In this document: piece after piece, positions 28,390 to 36,749 of the stretch
How positions within the stretch are numbered: position 1 is the first letter of the stretch
Layout: every line of letters begins with the position of its first letter
Source: a virus
Lineage: Duplodnaviria; Caudoviricetes
Strand: one strand, 5' to 3'
DNA: 56,837 bases
IMG/VR virus record: IMGVR_UViG_3300042549_007930
Location: 1-56,837 of that record
Notes under the pieces: model-generated
Databases searched by the model: none
Told to the model about the DNA's origin: nothing
Seen by the model: only the letters and a program-made list of their open reading frames with translations
Made by a program: the position numbers and the translations under genes

Positions 28390-28692
28390 ATGATAAAGAA
28401 AGAAAGATTAAGATTAAATACAGTTCATGTATTTGAAATGGTAAAAGCAAATTTTGAAGTAAGTACTGATTTTTGTGATGATGAAGGTCATGGTTATTTT
28501 ACTTTTGGGGTAATGAAAGATGGAGTAGAATACTTATTTGATTTAAGTAGAAGAGATTTTAGTGTTATTACCCATAAAATAAGAGGTGAAAAAGGTTATG
28601 AAATTGGAGCTGATTTAGAAGCTGAATTAGACAGATTTATTTTCTTAGAATTAGAAAATTCAAATGCCTTTATTGATAATATGGTTAAATAA
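28390..28692 (+). CDS. Hypothetical early protein
   Basis: Behind a repeat. Confidence 0.7.
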   Translation: MIKKERLRLNTVHVFEMVKANFEVSTDFCDDEGHGYFTFGVMKDGVEYLFDLSRRDFSVITHKIRGEKGYEIGADLEAELDRFIFLELENSNAFIDNMVK

Positions 28693-28753
28693 TATAGTTT
28701 GGCTCCTTAAAGGAGCCTTCGTATATTAAGGTATAATTAAAAATAAAAATGTT

Positions 28754-28981
28754 ATGAAAGTTACAGATGAAAAAGCAAGAGTAAAAGCTCTAAAAAATAA
28801 AATTAAAGATTTAACTGGGGTTAGAAGATTATATAAACCTTCTAAAGTTACTATTAAAGGAGAACCATTTCTTAGGTTTTATAATTCAGTAGATGGAATA
28901 GTTTGGCTTGATAGATTTTATGTAAATGAATATGATAAAGTTTTCACAGTAAAAGATGGAGAATTAGTTTTATTAGGGTAA
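28754..28981 (+). CDS. Hypothetical early protein
   Basis: Behind a repeat. Confidence 0.7.
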   Translation: MKVTDEKARVKALKNKIKDLTGVRRLYKPSKVTIKGEPFLRFYNSVDGIVWLDRFYVNEYDKVFTVKDGELVLLG

Positions 28982-29038
28982 TTTGGCTTTATAATAATAA
29001 ATTCGTATATTAAAGTATAATTAAAAATATAAGATGCT

Positions 29039-29398
29039 ATGGCAACAAGATCAAGAATCGGAATCGAAAATGAAAATGGTACAATTAGTTCAATTTATTG
29101 TCATTGGGATGGTTACCCAGATGGTGTAGGGGCAACTTTAGAAGAACATTACTCCAATAGACAAAAATTAAGAATGTTAATTAATTTAGGTGACATTAGT
29201 ATTTTAGGAGAACATGTAGCAACAATGGATGAACACTCTTTTGATAATAGAAAAGAAGGTGTTACAGTAGCTTATCATAGAGATAGAGGTGAAGAAAAAC
29301 GAGAAGCAAGAGTAGACAAATCATTAGAAACATTCTCAAACTATGAACAATATGGTTATGTTTACACTAAGGATGAAAAATGGGTAATGTTTGAATAA
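29039..29398 (+). CDS. Conserved phage protein (MATRS..IYCHWDGYP type)
   Basis: MATRSRIG, SIYCHWDGYP, AYHRDRGE. Confidence 0.75.
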   Translation: MATRSRIGIENENGTISSIYCHWDGYPDGVGATLEEHYSNRQKLRMLINLGDISILGEHVATMDEHSFDNRKEGVTVAYHRDRGEEKREARVDKSLETFSNYEQYGYVYTKDEKWVMFE

Positions 29399-29404
29399 TA
29401 AAAA

Positions 29405-29418
29405 GGGGCTTCGGCCCC
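29405..29418 (+). terminator. cUUCGg tetraloop hairpin
   Basis: GGGGC-TTCG-GCCCC just after the stop of 29039-29398. Confidence 0.6.
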
Positions 29419-29479
29419 ATATTATTTGGCTCCTATATATATATTTCGTATATTTAATTATAATTTAAAAATAAATGTT

Positions 29480-29761
29480 ATGAGAAAAGGTACAGTTACA
29501 GGTGAAATTAAAAGTATTTTAAATGAATTAAATGTAAAGTATAATGGATGTTATTCAGATACTTATAGGTTTGTAGAAGGAGGCAGATGGAATAATAGAA
29601 GGGTAGGGGTAAAATTTATAGGGGTATTCTTGACACCCGAACAAACAGAATTAGTAAAAATTAAAATGGAAAATAAAGGTTTTAAATTTGATTTTATTAG
29701 GGAAAATAGAGGTAAAAGTTATTATAATACTAATGGTACTAGATTTTGTTTTAAATATTAA
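29480..29761 (+). CDS. Hypothetical early protein
   Basis: Start moved from the TTG at 29426 to the ATG at the end of the repeat. Confidence 0.7.
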   Translation: MRKGTVTGEIKSILNELNVKYNGCYSDTYRFVEGGRWNNRRVGVKFIGVFLTPEQTELVKIKMENKGFKFDFIRENRGKSYYNTNGTRFCFKY

Positions 29762-29821
29762 TTAGGTTTGGCCCCTTAAAGGGGCCTTCGTATATTATAG
29801 TATAATTAAAAATATAGAGTT

Positions 29822-29995
29822 ATGACACAAGAAGAAATGAATACCGAAAATGCTTTAGTATTAGAAAAGTATGAAGTGATTAAAAAATTAGATAATTACT
29901 TACACAACGCAGCTTTTGATAGAATTACCCTAACAAGTGATATGTTAAAGGAGTTAAAAGGTATGATTGATGAAATGTTATTATCCGATTTTTAA
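29822..29995 (+). CDS. Hypothetical early protein (57 aa, not in ORF track)
   Basis: ATG at the end of a repeat. Confidence 0.65.
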   Translation: MTQEEMNTENALVLEKYEVIKKLDNYLHNAAFDRITLTSDMLKELKGMIDEMLLSDF

Positions 29996-30055
29996 TATTT
30001 GGCCTTTAAAAATATTATTCGTATATTAAAGTATAATAATTAAAAATAAAATGTT

Positions 30056-30277
30056 ATGAAAGTAAAAGATTTAATTAAGTTTTTGAGTGAACAAGATCAA
30101 AATTTAGAAGTAGTTATTAAATATATTGATCACACAGATTGGAATTATGAATTGCCTTTAAGAGCTCAAGATGTTTATGTGGACGAAGTATTTGAAGTGG
30201 ATGAAGCTAATTTGGAAGAAGGTCAATCTATTGAATCAGGAGATGAGTGTTTAGTAATTGAATTAAGTTTTGAATAA
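30056..30277 (+). CDS. Hypothetical acidic early protein
   Basis: MKVKDLI..L....QNLEV; behind a repeat. Confidence 0.72.
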   Translation: MKVKDLIKFLSEQDQNLEVVIKYIDHTDWNYELPLRAQDVYVDEVFEVDEANLEEGQSIESGDECLVIELSFE

Positions 30278-30283
30278 CATATT

Positions 30284-30388
30284 ATGAAAGAGAAATTATA
30301 TATTATTGAGGGATTTGAAATATGGGCGAATAATGAAGCCGGGGCTATTGAAAAATATAGATTATGGTGTTTACCATGTTGGAATTAA
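30284..30388 (+). CDS. Hypothetical peptide (34 aa)
   Basis: MKEKLYIIEGFEIWA...; fills the gap up to the next repeat. Confidence 0.5.
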   Translation: MKEKLYIIEGFEIWANNEAGAIEKYRLWCLPCWN

Positions 30389-30448
30389 TATTTGGCTTTT
30401 AAGTTTATATTTCGTATATTATAGTATAATAATTAAAAATAATATGTT

Positions 30449-30625
30449 ATGGAAAGTAGATTTGGTATTGAATTAGAGGTATTAGAGAGAGCATTACAAA
30501 ATATGATCAGTGAAGGTTATATGGGTAAAGATGATACAATTGAAGATTTAGAAGATTTAGCTTATACATGTTGTGAAGGGTTAGCTTGGTACGCCAAATC
30601 TAAAATATATGATTGGGCAAATTAA
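30449..30625 (+). CDS. Hypothetical early protein (58 aa, not in ORF track)
   Basis: ATG at the end of a repeat. Confidence 0.65.
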   Translation: MESRFGIELEVLERALQNMISEGYMGKDDTIEDLEDLAYTCCEGLAWYAKSKIYDWAN

Positions 30626-30684
30626 GGTTTGGCTTTTAAGATTATTATTCGTATATTAAGGTATAATTAAAAAGATAAATTGTT

Positions 30685-30852
30685 ATGGAAAATCAAGTAA
30701 ACGAATTAGAGTTATTGTTAATAAGGTTAGAAAACCTTGAATTGCAAATGGTTGAATTAGGAATAATAGAAGATGGAGATGAAAGAAGTGAAGTAATTGG
30801 TACAATAAAAGAATCAATATACGATGAAATAAGAGAAATAAGCAACGAATAA
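30685..30852 (+). CDS. Hypothetical acidic early protein (55 aa, not in ORF track)
   Basis: ATG at the end of a repeat; MENQVNELELLL... Confidence 0.65.
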   Translation: MENQVNELELLLIRLENLELQMVELGIIEDGDERSEVIGTIKESIYDEIREISNE

Positions 30853-31375
30853 AATTCAGTGTATGAAACCAATAATATTCTATCATACGGGGAAAGATAT
30901 ATGGGTAAAAGTAGATGAAATACTCACCGGGGAAACGATCATTTCCTCACCCGTTTCACCCCTCACATAATGTGACAAATCGGAATTAATATACCCTAAC
31001 AAATAATGGGATATGGATATTGGGATATAGGGATAGTATAGTATGTGGAAAATAGATTATATGGGATGTGGAAATAACAAAGGCGGGTACGTGACTTCAT
31101 TGAGGTGGGAGGCCAAGCCTTACTCGAATAGAGGAGTATATACTTTACCCTAAATAATGTTTTAAAACGCTGATTATACCCTGAAAAATATATGTTAAAA
31201 TGTTTGGCTTAGTTAAAAAGGTTTTATAAATTAAATTAAAAAAGGGTTTTAAACGCTGCCATGTTGTGAACCTAAAGTAGACGCGGCCCCACTCCCCCGG
31301 GGCCCCTACTTAAATTTTGTTTGGCTATTGGAAAATTGCTTCGTATATTATAGCATAATTAAAAAATAAAACGTT

Positions 31376-31663
31376 ATGACAAAGCAAGAATTTTTATCGG
31401 GTAAGTGTTTTACAATTGGGGCTCCGACTTATAAGGGTGCTAACACCTATAGCTATTATAAAAGTGATAGGAATGAGGGTTGTATAATGAGACAATCAAG
31501 ATCATCATTAGACAATAGAATAGTATTAAATGATTATGAGTGTAACGCTCCAACAGTGGGGTCAAAATCGTTTACTGGGTTTACTTACGTGTTGAAAAAG
31601 AAAGTAGTGGTTAAATATCGGTTTGAGGACCTAATACCGTTTGAGGAAACTGTAGGGGAGTAA
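31376..31663 (+). CDS. Hypothetical early protein
   Basis: Behind a repeat. Confidence 0.7.
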   Translation: MTKQEFLSGKCFTIGAPTYKGANTYSYYKSDRNEGCIMRQSRSSLDNRIVLNDYECNAPTVGSKSFTGFTYVLKKKVVVKYRFEDLIPFEETVGE

Positions 31664-31697
31664 AACCCCTGCATAGTTATAGAGAAAATCTATAGCA

Positions 31698-31934
31698 ATG
31701 AACATAACTAAACAACTAAACGGGTTAAACGCCCGTCTAAACGAATTACTCGAGGATCTAGACCGAGTACTGGATTATACCGATAATAACGAATTGTATA
31801 ACGAGATAGATAATAATGTCAAATCTCAGCTGGAAAACGCGCAAACGCACCTAGATATCGCTATTGACGATATAAATGACGGTATGTATGAAAATCCGCC
31901 CGCGGACGAAGAAGATTTAGAAGAATGGGATTAA
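31698..31934 (+). CDS. Acidic helical hypothetical protein
   Basis: 78 aa ORF with unusually CpG-rich codons. Confidence 0.6.
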   Translation: MNITKQLNGLNARLNELLEDLDRVLDYTDNNELYNEIDNNVKSQLENAQTHLDIAIDDINDGMYENPPADEEDLEEWD

Positions 31935-32269
31935 AAAATGATTTTGCATCCTTACAGTTCGGACCCGTTCGGTGCTGGTTTATAAACGTATAGCCACGCG
32001 TCGTTGCTGTCCATCGACGGATCCGCGGGATCACGGGACAAGATTATGGTGATAAGAGATCGAAAACACTCTTTACCCAACCCCCTTGTATATACAAATA
32101 TATACGAGTTTCAAATAACCCCTTTGATATAAAATTCATAAAGGTTAAAAAAAGAGATCTTAAAAAGATTTTACCAAATAAAAAAGTATATACAAAATAA
32201 ATGGGGAGCGGTTTGGCTCCCCAACTTCTGTTTCGTATATTGCTACATAATAATAAAAACAAATAGGTT

Positions 32270-32935
32270 ATGTTAAAATTAAAAAATCTTTTCTTAGTAA
32301 TTCTTTTAGGAATTAGTTTTATCTCATGTACTCCAGAAGACATAAGAGATAATTGCCCATGTGTAGATGGAAATTGTGACGCATCATTTTATATAGATGC
32401 AGTACAAAATCCAGGTTCATATCAAGATGCTCAGGGTGTATGGCATGTTAAATGGTCAGGTTTACATTATTTTAGAATTAAAGGTCAAACAGATCAATTA
32501 GATCCAGAGTATGTAGTAAACGGAGTTCCATTAATTGAAACAGGATATGATTCAAATTTCTTTTATACACCATCAGGTATTACATGGACATTTCCATTAT
32601 ATTCATATTTAGGAGTTTTCTCCAATAATAATCTAACAAACCCAATTCCGGTAGGTAATGGTACATATACTTTACCTCAAATAGTAGGTGACACTAGTGT
32701 TTCTAATTTAGCAGGGTATGAGATTAATAGATATTTTAATTTTAATCACCCGGCAGCAAAAACGATGCTCCAAACATACTCTAAGTACACTTATACACCA
32801 GTACAACAGATGCCATTTCATCAAGGAATGATCGGTAAAACCGCTGATATATACATTCGAGTTTTATTTAATTCAGATTTTTCGGGTGTCACTCAGGAAC
32901 GTTTATATAAATTAACTGTTAAATTTGAGCAATAA
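32270..32935 (+). CDS. Putative lipoprotein
   Basis: Basic N-terminus, hydrophobic core and FISC lipobox. Confidence 0.7.
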   Translation: MLKLKNLFLVILLGISFISCTPEDIRDNCPCVDGNCDASFYIDAVQNPGSYQDAQGVWHVKWSGLHYFRIKGQTDQLDPEYVVNGVPLIETGYDSNFFYTPSGITWTFPLYSYLGVFSNNNLTNPIPVGNGTYTLPQIVGDTSVSNLAGYEINRYFNFNHPAAKTMLQTYSKYTYTPVQQMPFHQGMIGKTADIYIRVLFNSDFSGVTQERLYKLTVKFEQ

Positions 32936-33561
32936 TGACTGAGGTAATTTCAATTCATAAAGCACTTATATTAGAAGCTCGTTCTGATATAGAGATTTAC
33001 GCCACCAATAGAGTTTCATCTCCTCTAAATAAACTTCCTAATTTTTTAAAATGGAAAACCAATTGGGATGAATTAGTTTCACGTTACCATAAAATTCCTA
33101 CTCATAAATTAGCTTCGTTTGTTAATTTTGAATATAGTATTGAATATAAATTTAAAGAGGAAGGTGAGGAAGGTACTGTTTCTTGGGTATATATGTATGG
33201 CAAGACGCGTGCGGGTAGGGAACAGCTTGATCGTTCTTTTACTAAAGGAAAATATGTATACGTATTAACTAATATAGCTTACCCCGGAGTTTGCAAAATA
33301 GGAAAAGCTGTTAATCCACAAGAAAGAATAAAACAAATTAATAACGCAGGAGTAGTTTCCGAATGGGAGCTAAAGTATGCTTTACCTGTTAGTGATGATT
33401 TTTTAGTTGAGAATTTAGTTCATCAAGAATTAGCTACTTTAAGATTAAATTCACATCAAGGTTCATCTAGAGAGTTTTTTTCTATAAGTTTAAAAGAAGC
33501 AATTTCTACTATAGAAAAAATAGGTTCTAACTTTAAAACAGATTCACCAATTTATTATTAA
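32935..33561 (+). CDS. T5orf172/GIY-YIG domain protein
   Basis: YVYVL.N...KIG...P.ERI..IN, E..VH..L, REFF. Confidence 0.82.
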   Translation: MTEVISIHKALILEARSDIEIYATNRVSSPLNKLPNFLKWKTNWDELVSRYHKIPTHKLASFVNFEYSIEYKFKEEGEEGTVSWVYMYGKTRAGREQLDRSFTKGKYVYVLTNIAYPGVCKIGKAVNPQERIKQINNAGVVSEWELKYALPVSDDFLVENLVHQELATLRLNSHQGSSREFFSISLKEAISTIEKIGSNFKTDSPIYY

Positions 33562-33577
33562 TTAAAAACTTATTATT

Positions 33578-33784
33578 ATGGAAATTATTTTATATTTACT
33601 TTTTGCATTTTTAAAATTTTATTTTATCTTAGGTTGTATTTTTACTTTATTCGCAGGATTATTTGCTTTTGCAACTAGAACCGAGAATGAATACACAATG
33701 GGAGAAATATTTACTGTTATTTTTATTTACCCTATTGTAATCTATTACTTATTAAATCCAGAAAAAAACGATTATGAGCAATAA
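33578..33784 (+). CDS. Small two-TM membrane protein
   Basis: Hydrophobic segments. Confidence 0.6.
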   Translation: MEIILYLLFAFLKFYFILGCIFTLFAGLFAFATRTENEYTMGEIFTVIFIYPIVIYYLLNPEKNDYEQ

Positions 33785-34076
33785 TTTTGAGAGTTTTTTA
33801 ATTTCCCAAATGGAAGAAGTTATGAATTCATTTACTTCTAATCTAGAAGGAATTATTGAAGGTGAAAATGAAATTTCACAAAACCAAAAAGAAGATATTT
33901 TAAAAGACTTATTAGATATAGTAGAGACTATTTCTCCTTATCAAGGTGTATTAGGACCACAAATAAAGGATAAAATCAACCATATTAAACACTTATTAAA
34001 TATCTCAAACGAGGTAGATGAAGGTGAAGAGCACCCACTTAATACCCCACCATTATCAGATATTCAAGAAAATTAA
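33774..34076 (+). CDS. Hypothetical protein
   Basis: 100 aa acidic ORF. Confidence 0.6.
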   Translation: MSNNFESFLISQMEEVMNSFTSNLEGIIEGENEISQNQKEDILKDLLDIVETISPYQGVLGPQIKDKINHIKHLLNISNEVDEGEEHPLNTPPLSDIQEN

Positions 34077-34179
34077 CCTCTTTTGAAGACTTCACACAAA
34101 AGGCTTGGCTTGCAGTTTTTAATTTATTATATTAGGAGCATGGAGGAAGATAAAACTATAATATATAAAAGATAGAAAG

Positions 34180-34488
34180 ATGAGAAAATGGGAAATGGTA
34201 GTATTTGGTATCGAGGGTTGTGATTACTGCCGCGAACTGAAGAACGGATTAGGGGTAATGAACATTCCTTTCACTTACATCAATATCTCAGACAACGATG
34301 AGTTGGGAGATAAAATAGAGGATATATATAAATGTCCTGTTTACCCTATGGTTTCTCTCAGACAAGATAAAATACCTCAGCAAATAGCTTGGCTACCCGG
34401 AACTTCTTTATTACATTCCACATCAATTCGAGTTTTCGATACAATCAATCAGTTATTAATTAATATTAAAGAAACATATGACAATTAA
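34180..34488 (+). CDS. Glutaredoxin-like protein
   Basis: GCDYC and cis-Pro YP motif. Confidence 0.75.
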   Translation: MRKWEMVVFGIEGCDYCRELKNGLGVMNIPFTYINISDNDELGDKIEDIYKCPVYPMVSLRQDKIPQQIAWLPGTSLLHSTSIRVFDTINQLLINIKETYDN

Positions 34489-35245
34489 ATTATCAGCGGA
34501 TCAAATATCAGCTAATTGGGATACCTTCATGTCTAATATAGACACTTATATCTCAGAACCAAGACGTTCGCAACTTAAGACTTTCTATACTAAGTATCAA
34601 GAACGTATTATGATGATGCCTGCATCTAATAAAAAAGAATACCATTCAGCATTCCCAGGAGGATATGTGGATCATGTTAATCGTGTAGTTTTAGGTGCTA
34701 GAAAATTACATTCTTTATGGACAGAAATGGGTTGTGACACTTCAACTTACACTTTAGAAGAATTAGTCTTCTCAGCTATCAACCATGATTTAGGTAAAAT
34801 GGGAGATGATGAGAATGAAGCTTACATACCACAGACAGACGTGTGGAGAAAGGATAAATTAGGTGAAGATTACACGTTTAATACTAAATTAGCATTTGCG
34901 TCGGTTCCTGATAGATCGCTGTTTTTACTTATGTCTAATGACATTAAATACACTTTCAATGAAATGGTAGCTATTCAAACTCACGATGGTTTATATGATG
35001 AGGGTAATAAGAAATATCTTATGGGTTATATGCCGGAATTAAAACCAAGAACTGCTTTACCTTACATTTTACATCAAGCTGATATGATGGCCGCACGTAT
35101 TGAGTGGGAAACTGATTATTTGCCTAAATTTAAAGGAGATAAAAAAGTAGAAGTAAAATTACAACCTACTAATAAGTTTTCTATTAAAGCACCTAAATTA
35201 TCAAATCCTGATGCCCCTTTTGCTAATCTTTTAAACAATATATAA
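34478..35245 (+). CDS. HD-domain phosphohydrolase
   Basis: YH..FPGG..DH, NHDLGK, HDG, LHQAD. Confidence 0.88.
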   Translation: MTIKLSADQISANWDTFMSNIDTYISEPRRSQLKTFYTKYQERIMMMPASNKKEYHSAFPGGYVDHVNRVVLGARKLHSLWTEMGCDTSTYTLEELVFSAINHDLGKMGDDENEAYIPQTDVWRKDKLGEDYTFNTKLAFASVPDRSLFLLMSNDIKYTFNEMVAIQTHDGLYDEGNKKYLMGYMPELKPRTALPYILHQADMMAARIEWETDYLPKFKGDKKVEVKLQPTNKFSIKAPKLSNPDAPFANLLNNI

Positions 35246-35247
35246 TA

Positions 35248-35529
35248 ATGGATACAATAATTTTAATTAATGTAGTAGTAATACTTGTAGGTGTAGTAGG
35301 ATATGTAATTTGGAATCTAATGAAGAAAGTTGAAAAACTTGAATCAATGATTGATGTACAAGAAAGATATATAACTGATTTTTATGATCTAGTTAAACAA
35401 TCTGAAATGAAAATTAAAGAAATTGATTCAAAACAATTATTTCAATCAGATGATGAGGTAGGTTTCTTTTTTAATAATTTAAAAACAATACAAGAGGCTT
35501 TATCCGATTATATTAAATATATAAAATAA
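35248..35529 (+). CDS. Membrane-anchored coiled-coil protein
   Basis: N-terminal TM; FQSDDEVGFFF. Confidence 0.7.
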   Translation: MDTIILINVVVILVGVVGYVIWNLMKKVEKLESMIDVQERYITDFYDLVKQSEMKIKEIDSKQLFQSDDEVGFFFNNLKTIQEALSDYIKYIK

Positions 35530-35530
35530 C

Positions 35531-36331
35531 ATGGAAGTATTAAGTTCAGAAATCAAGATACTTCATGTCCCTCAAGAAGAAACAGAAGTACAATATACAA
35601 AAAAAGGTACAGTAAGGAAAAGAAAGCCTAAAACTAAGAAAATGTATTTCACTCAGGACACTGAGGATGCAATTGTAGAGTATTTAGCCGCCACGGATCA
35701 TTACACCCGAAATAAGATTTATAATGAAAGAATAAAATATGCCTTTCATAAGTTAACAGAAAATATAATTCACACCTTTAAATTTTATTATACAGAAGTA
35801 GAAACAATAGCTGAGCTTCAACATGAAGTTACAGCCTTTCTCCTTGAAAAACTGCATCTCTATAATCAATCTAAGGGTAAAGCTTATTCTTATTTTGGTA
35901 CTATTGCTAAACGTTATTTAATTCTTTATAATAATAAGAATTATGAAAAACTAAAAGGTAAAGCTGGTGTGGACGCTATAGACGAAGACAAAACAATTGT
36001 AATTAATATTTTAAACTCTTCAGCACCTACAGATGATCCTTTAGTTAGTGAGAATTATTTTATAGAACAATTTATTAAATATATGGATATTCATTTATTC
36101 AGAATATTTCCTGATAAAGAAGATGCTAAGACAACTGATGCTATTATGGAATTATTTAAACGAAGAGAAGACTTAGATATCTTTAATAAAAAAGGAATTT
36201 ACATTTATATTAGAGAGATGACTAATCAAGATACTCCTCAAATAACTAAAGTAATAAAAAGTTTAAAGAAAGTATATCTTAGACTATTAAACCAATATCT
36301 AGATTATGGTTATGTTGGGTTAAACTATTAA
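35531..36331 (+). CDS. Putative phage late sigma factor (T4 gp55-like)
   Basis: KLTENII, KGKAYSYFGTIAKRYLI (sigma region-2-like); just upstream of the structural module. Confidence 0.6.
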   Translation: MEVLSSEIKILHVPQEETEVQYTKKGTVRKRKPKTKKMYFTQDTEDAIVEYLAATDHYTRNKIYNERIKYAFHKLTENIIHTFKFYYTEVETIAELQHEVTAFLLEKLHLYNQSKGKAYSYFGTIAKRYLILYNNKNYEKLKGKAGVDAIDEDKTIVINILNSSAPTDDPLVSENYFIEQFIKYMDIHLFRIFPDKEDAKTTDAIMELFKRREDLDIFNKKGIYIYIREMTNQDTPQITKVIKSLKKVYLRLLNQYLDYGYVGLNY

Positions 36332-36350
36332 GAAATTTTTATTTAATTTA

Positions 36351-36358
36351 TATTTATA
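36351..36358 (+). promoter_or_regulatory. Putative late promoter motif TATTTATA
   Basis: Just upstream of starts at 14289, 16132, 36351, 39595, 42394, 49587, 55797. Confidence 0.6.
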
Positions 36359-36371
36359 ATAAAAATATATC

Positions 36372-36749
36372 ATGGATTTTAACACCATAACACTCTTTGG
36401 TAAAAAGACTTTTGCTGATTTACTAAAAGAGATACATACTAATTCCTCTAATAAGGAAAGAGAGATTAGAGCTCTTATAGACAATTTAAAACCGTTCATC
36501 AACTCTGCTGGTGACGCGGTTATTATTGTCCCTTTAATTAAAGACTATTTAGATGTATCTGTAAAAAATGATGATTTATTAATCAAAATGGCAGGTATTG
36601 TACAACGTGCAATAAATTCTAACCAAGGGTCAGATGATTTATTATTATCAGATTCTGATAAAGAGATGCTATTCCAATCAATGAATGAGTTAGATGCTAA
36701 AGTAAAAGAAGAATTACCTAAAATAGAGAATGAGCAATTTATATCCTAG
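36372..36749 (+). CDS. Conserved hypothetical phage protein
   Basis: VPLIKDYLDVSVKNDD.L.K. Confidence 0.7.
   Translation: MDFNTITLFGKKTFADLLKEIHTNSSNKEREIRALIDNLKPFINSAGDAVIIVPLIKDYLDVSVKNDDLLIKMAGIVQRAINSNQGSDDLLLSDSDKEMLFQSMNELDAKVKEELPKIENEQFIS

Larger units (their letters stand above)
23592..32272 (+). repeat. Array of 20 dispersed ~55-60 bp promoter/leader repeats, each heading a small gene
   Basis: TTTGG-N15-TTCGTATATT..ATAATTAAAAA..GTTATG at ~23592, 23818, 24619, 25491, 25711, 26161, 26494, 26754, 27626, 27921, 28335, 28698, 28982, 29425, 29767, 29998, 30391, 30628, 31320, 32212. Confidence 0.92.

Noticed and set aside
29432-29446. (TA)n microsatellite as a phase-variation switch
   Set aside because: It is short, the spacer length matches the other repeat copies, and it is expected in AT-rich DNA.
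23592-32272. CRISPR array interpretation of the regular repeats
   Set aside because: Spacing is 200-900 bp, the intervening sequences are ORFs, the repeats are degenerate and promoter-shaped, and there are no cas genes.
23592-32272. Classical integron attC cassettes
   Set aside because: No RYYYAAC/GTTRRRY inverted cores and no integrase in the window; each cassette has its own promoter.
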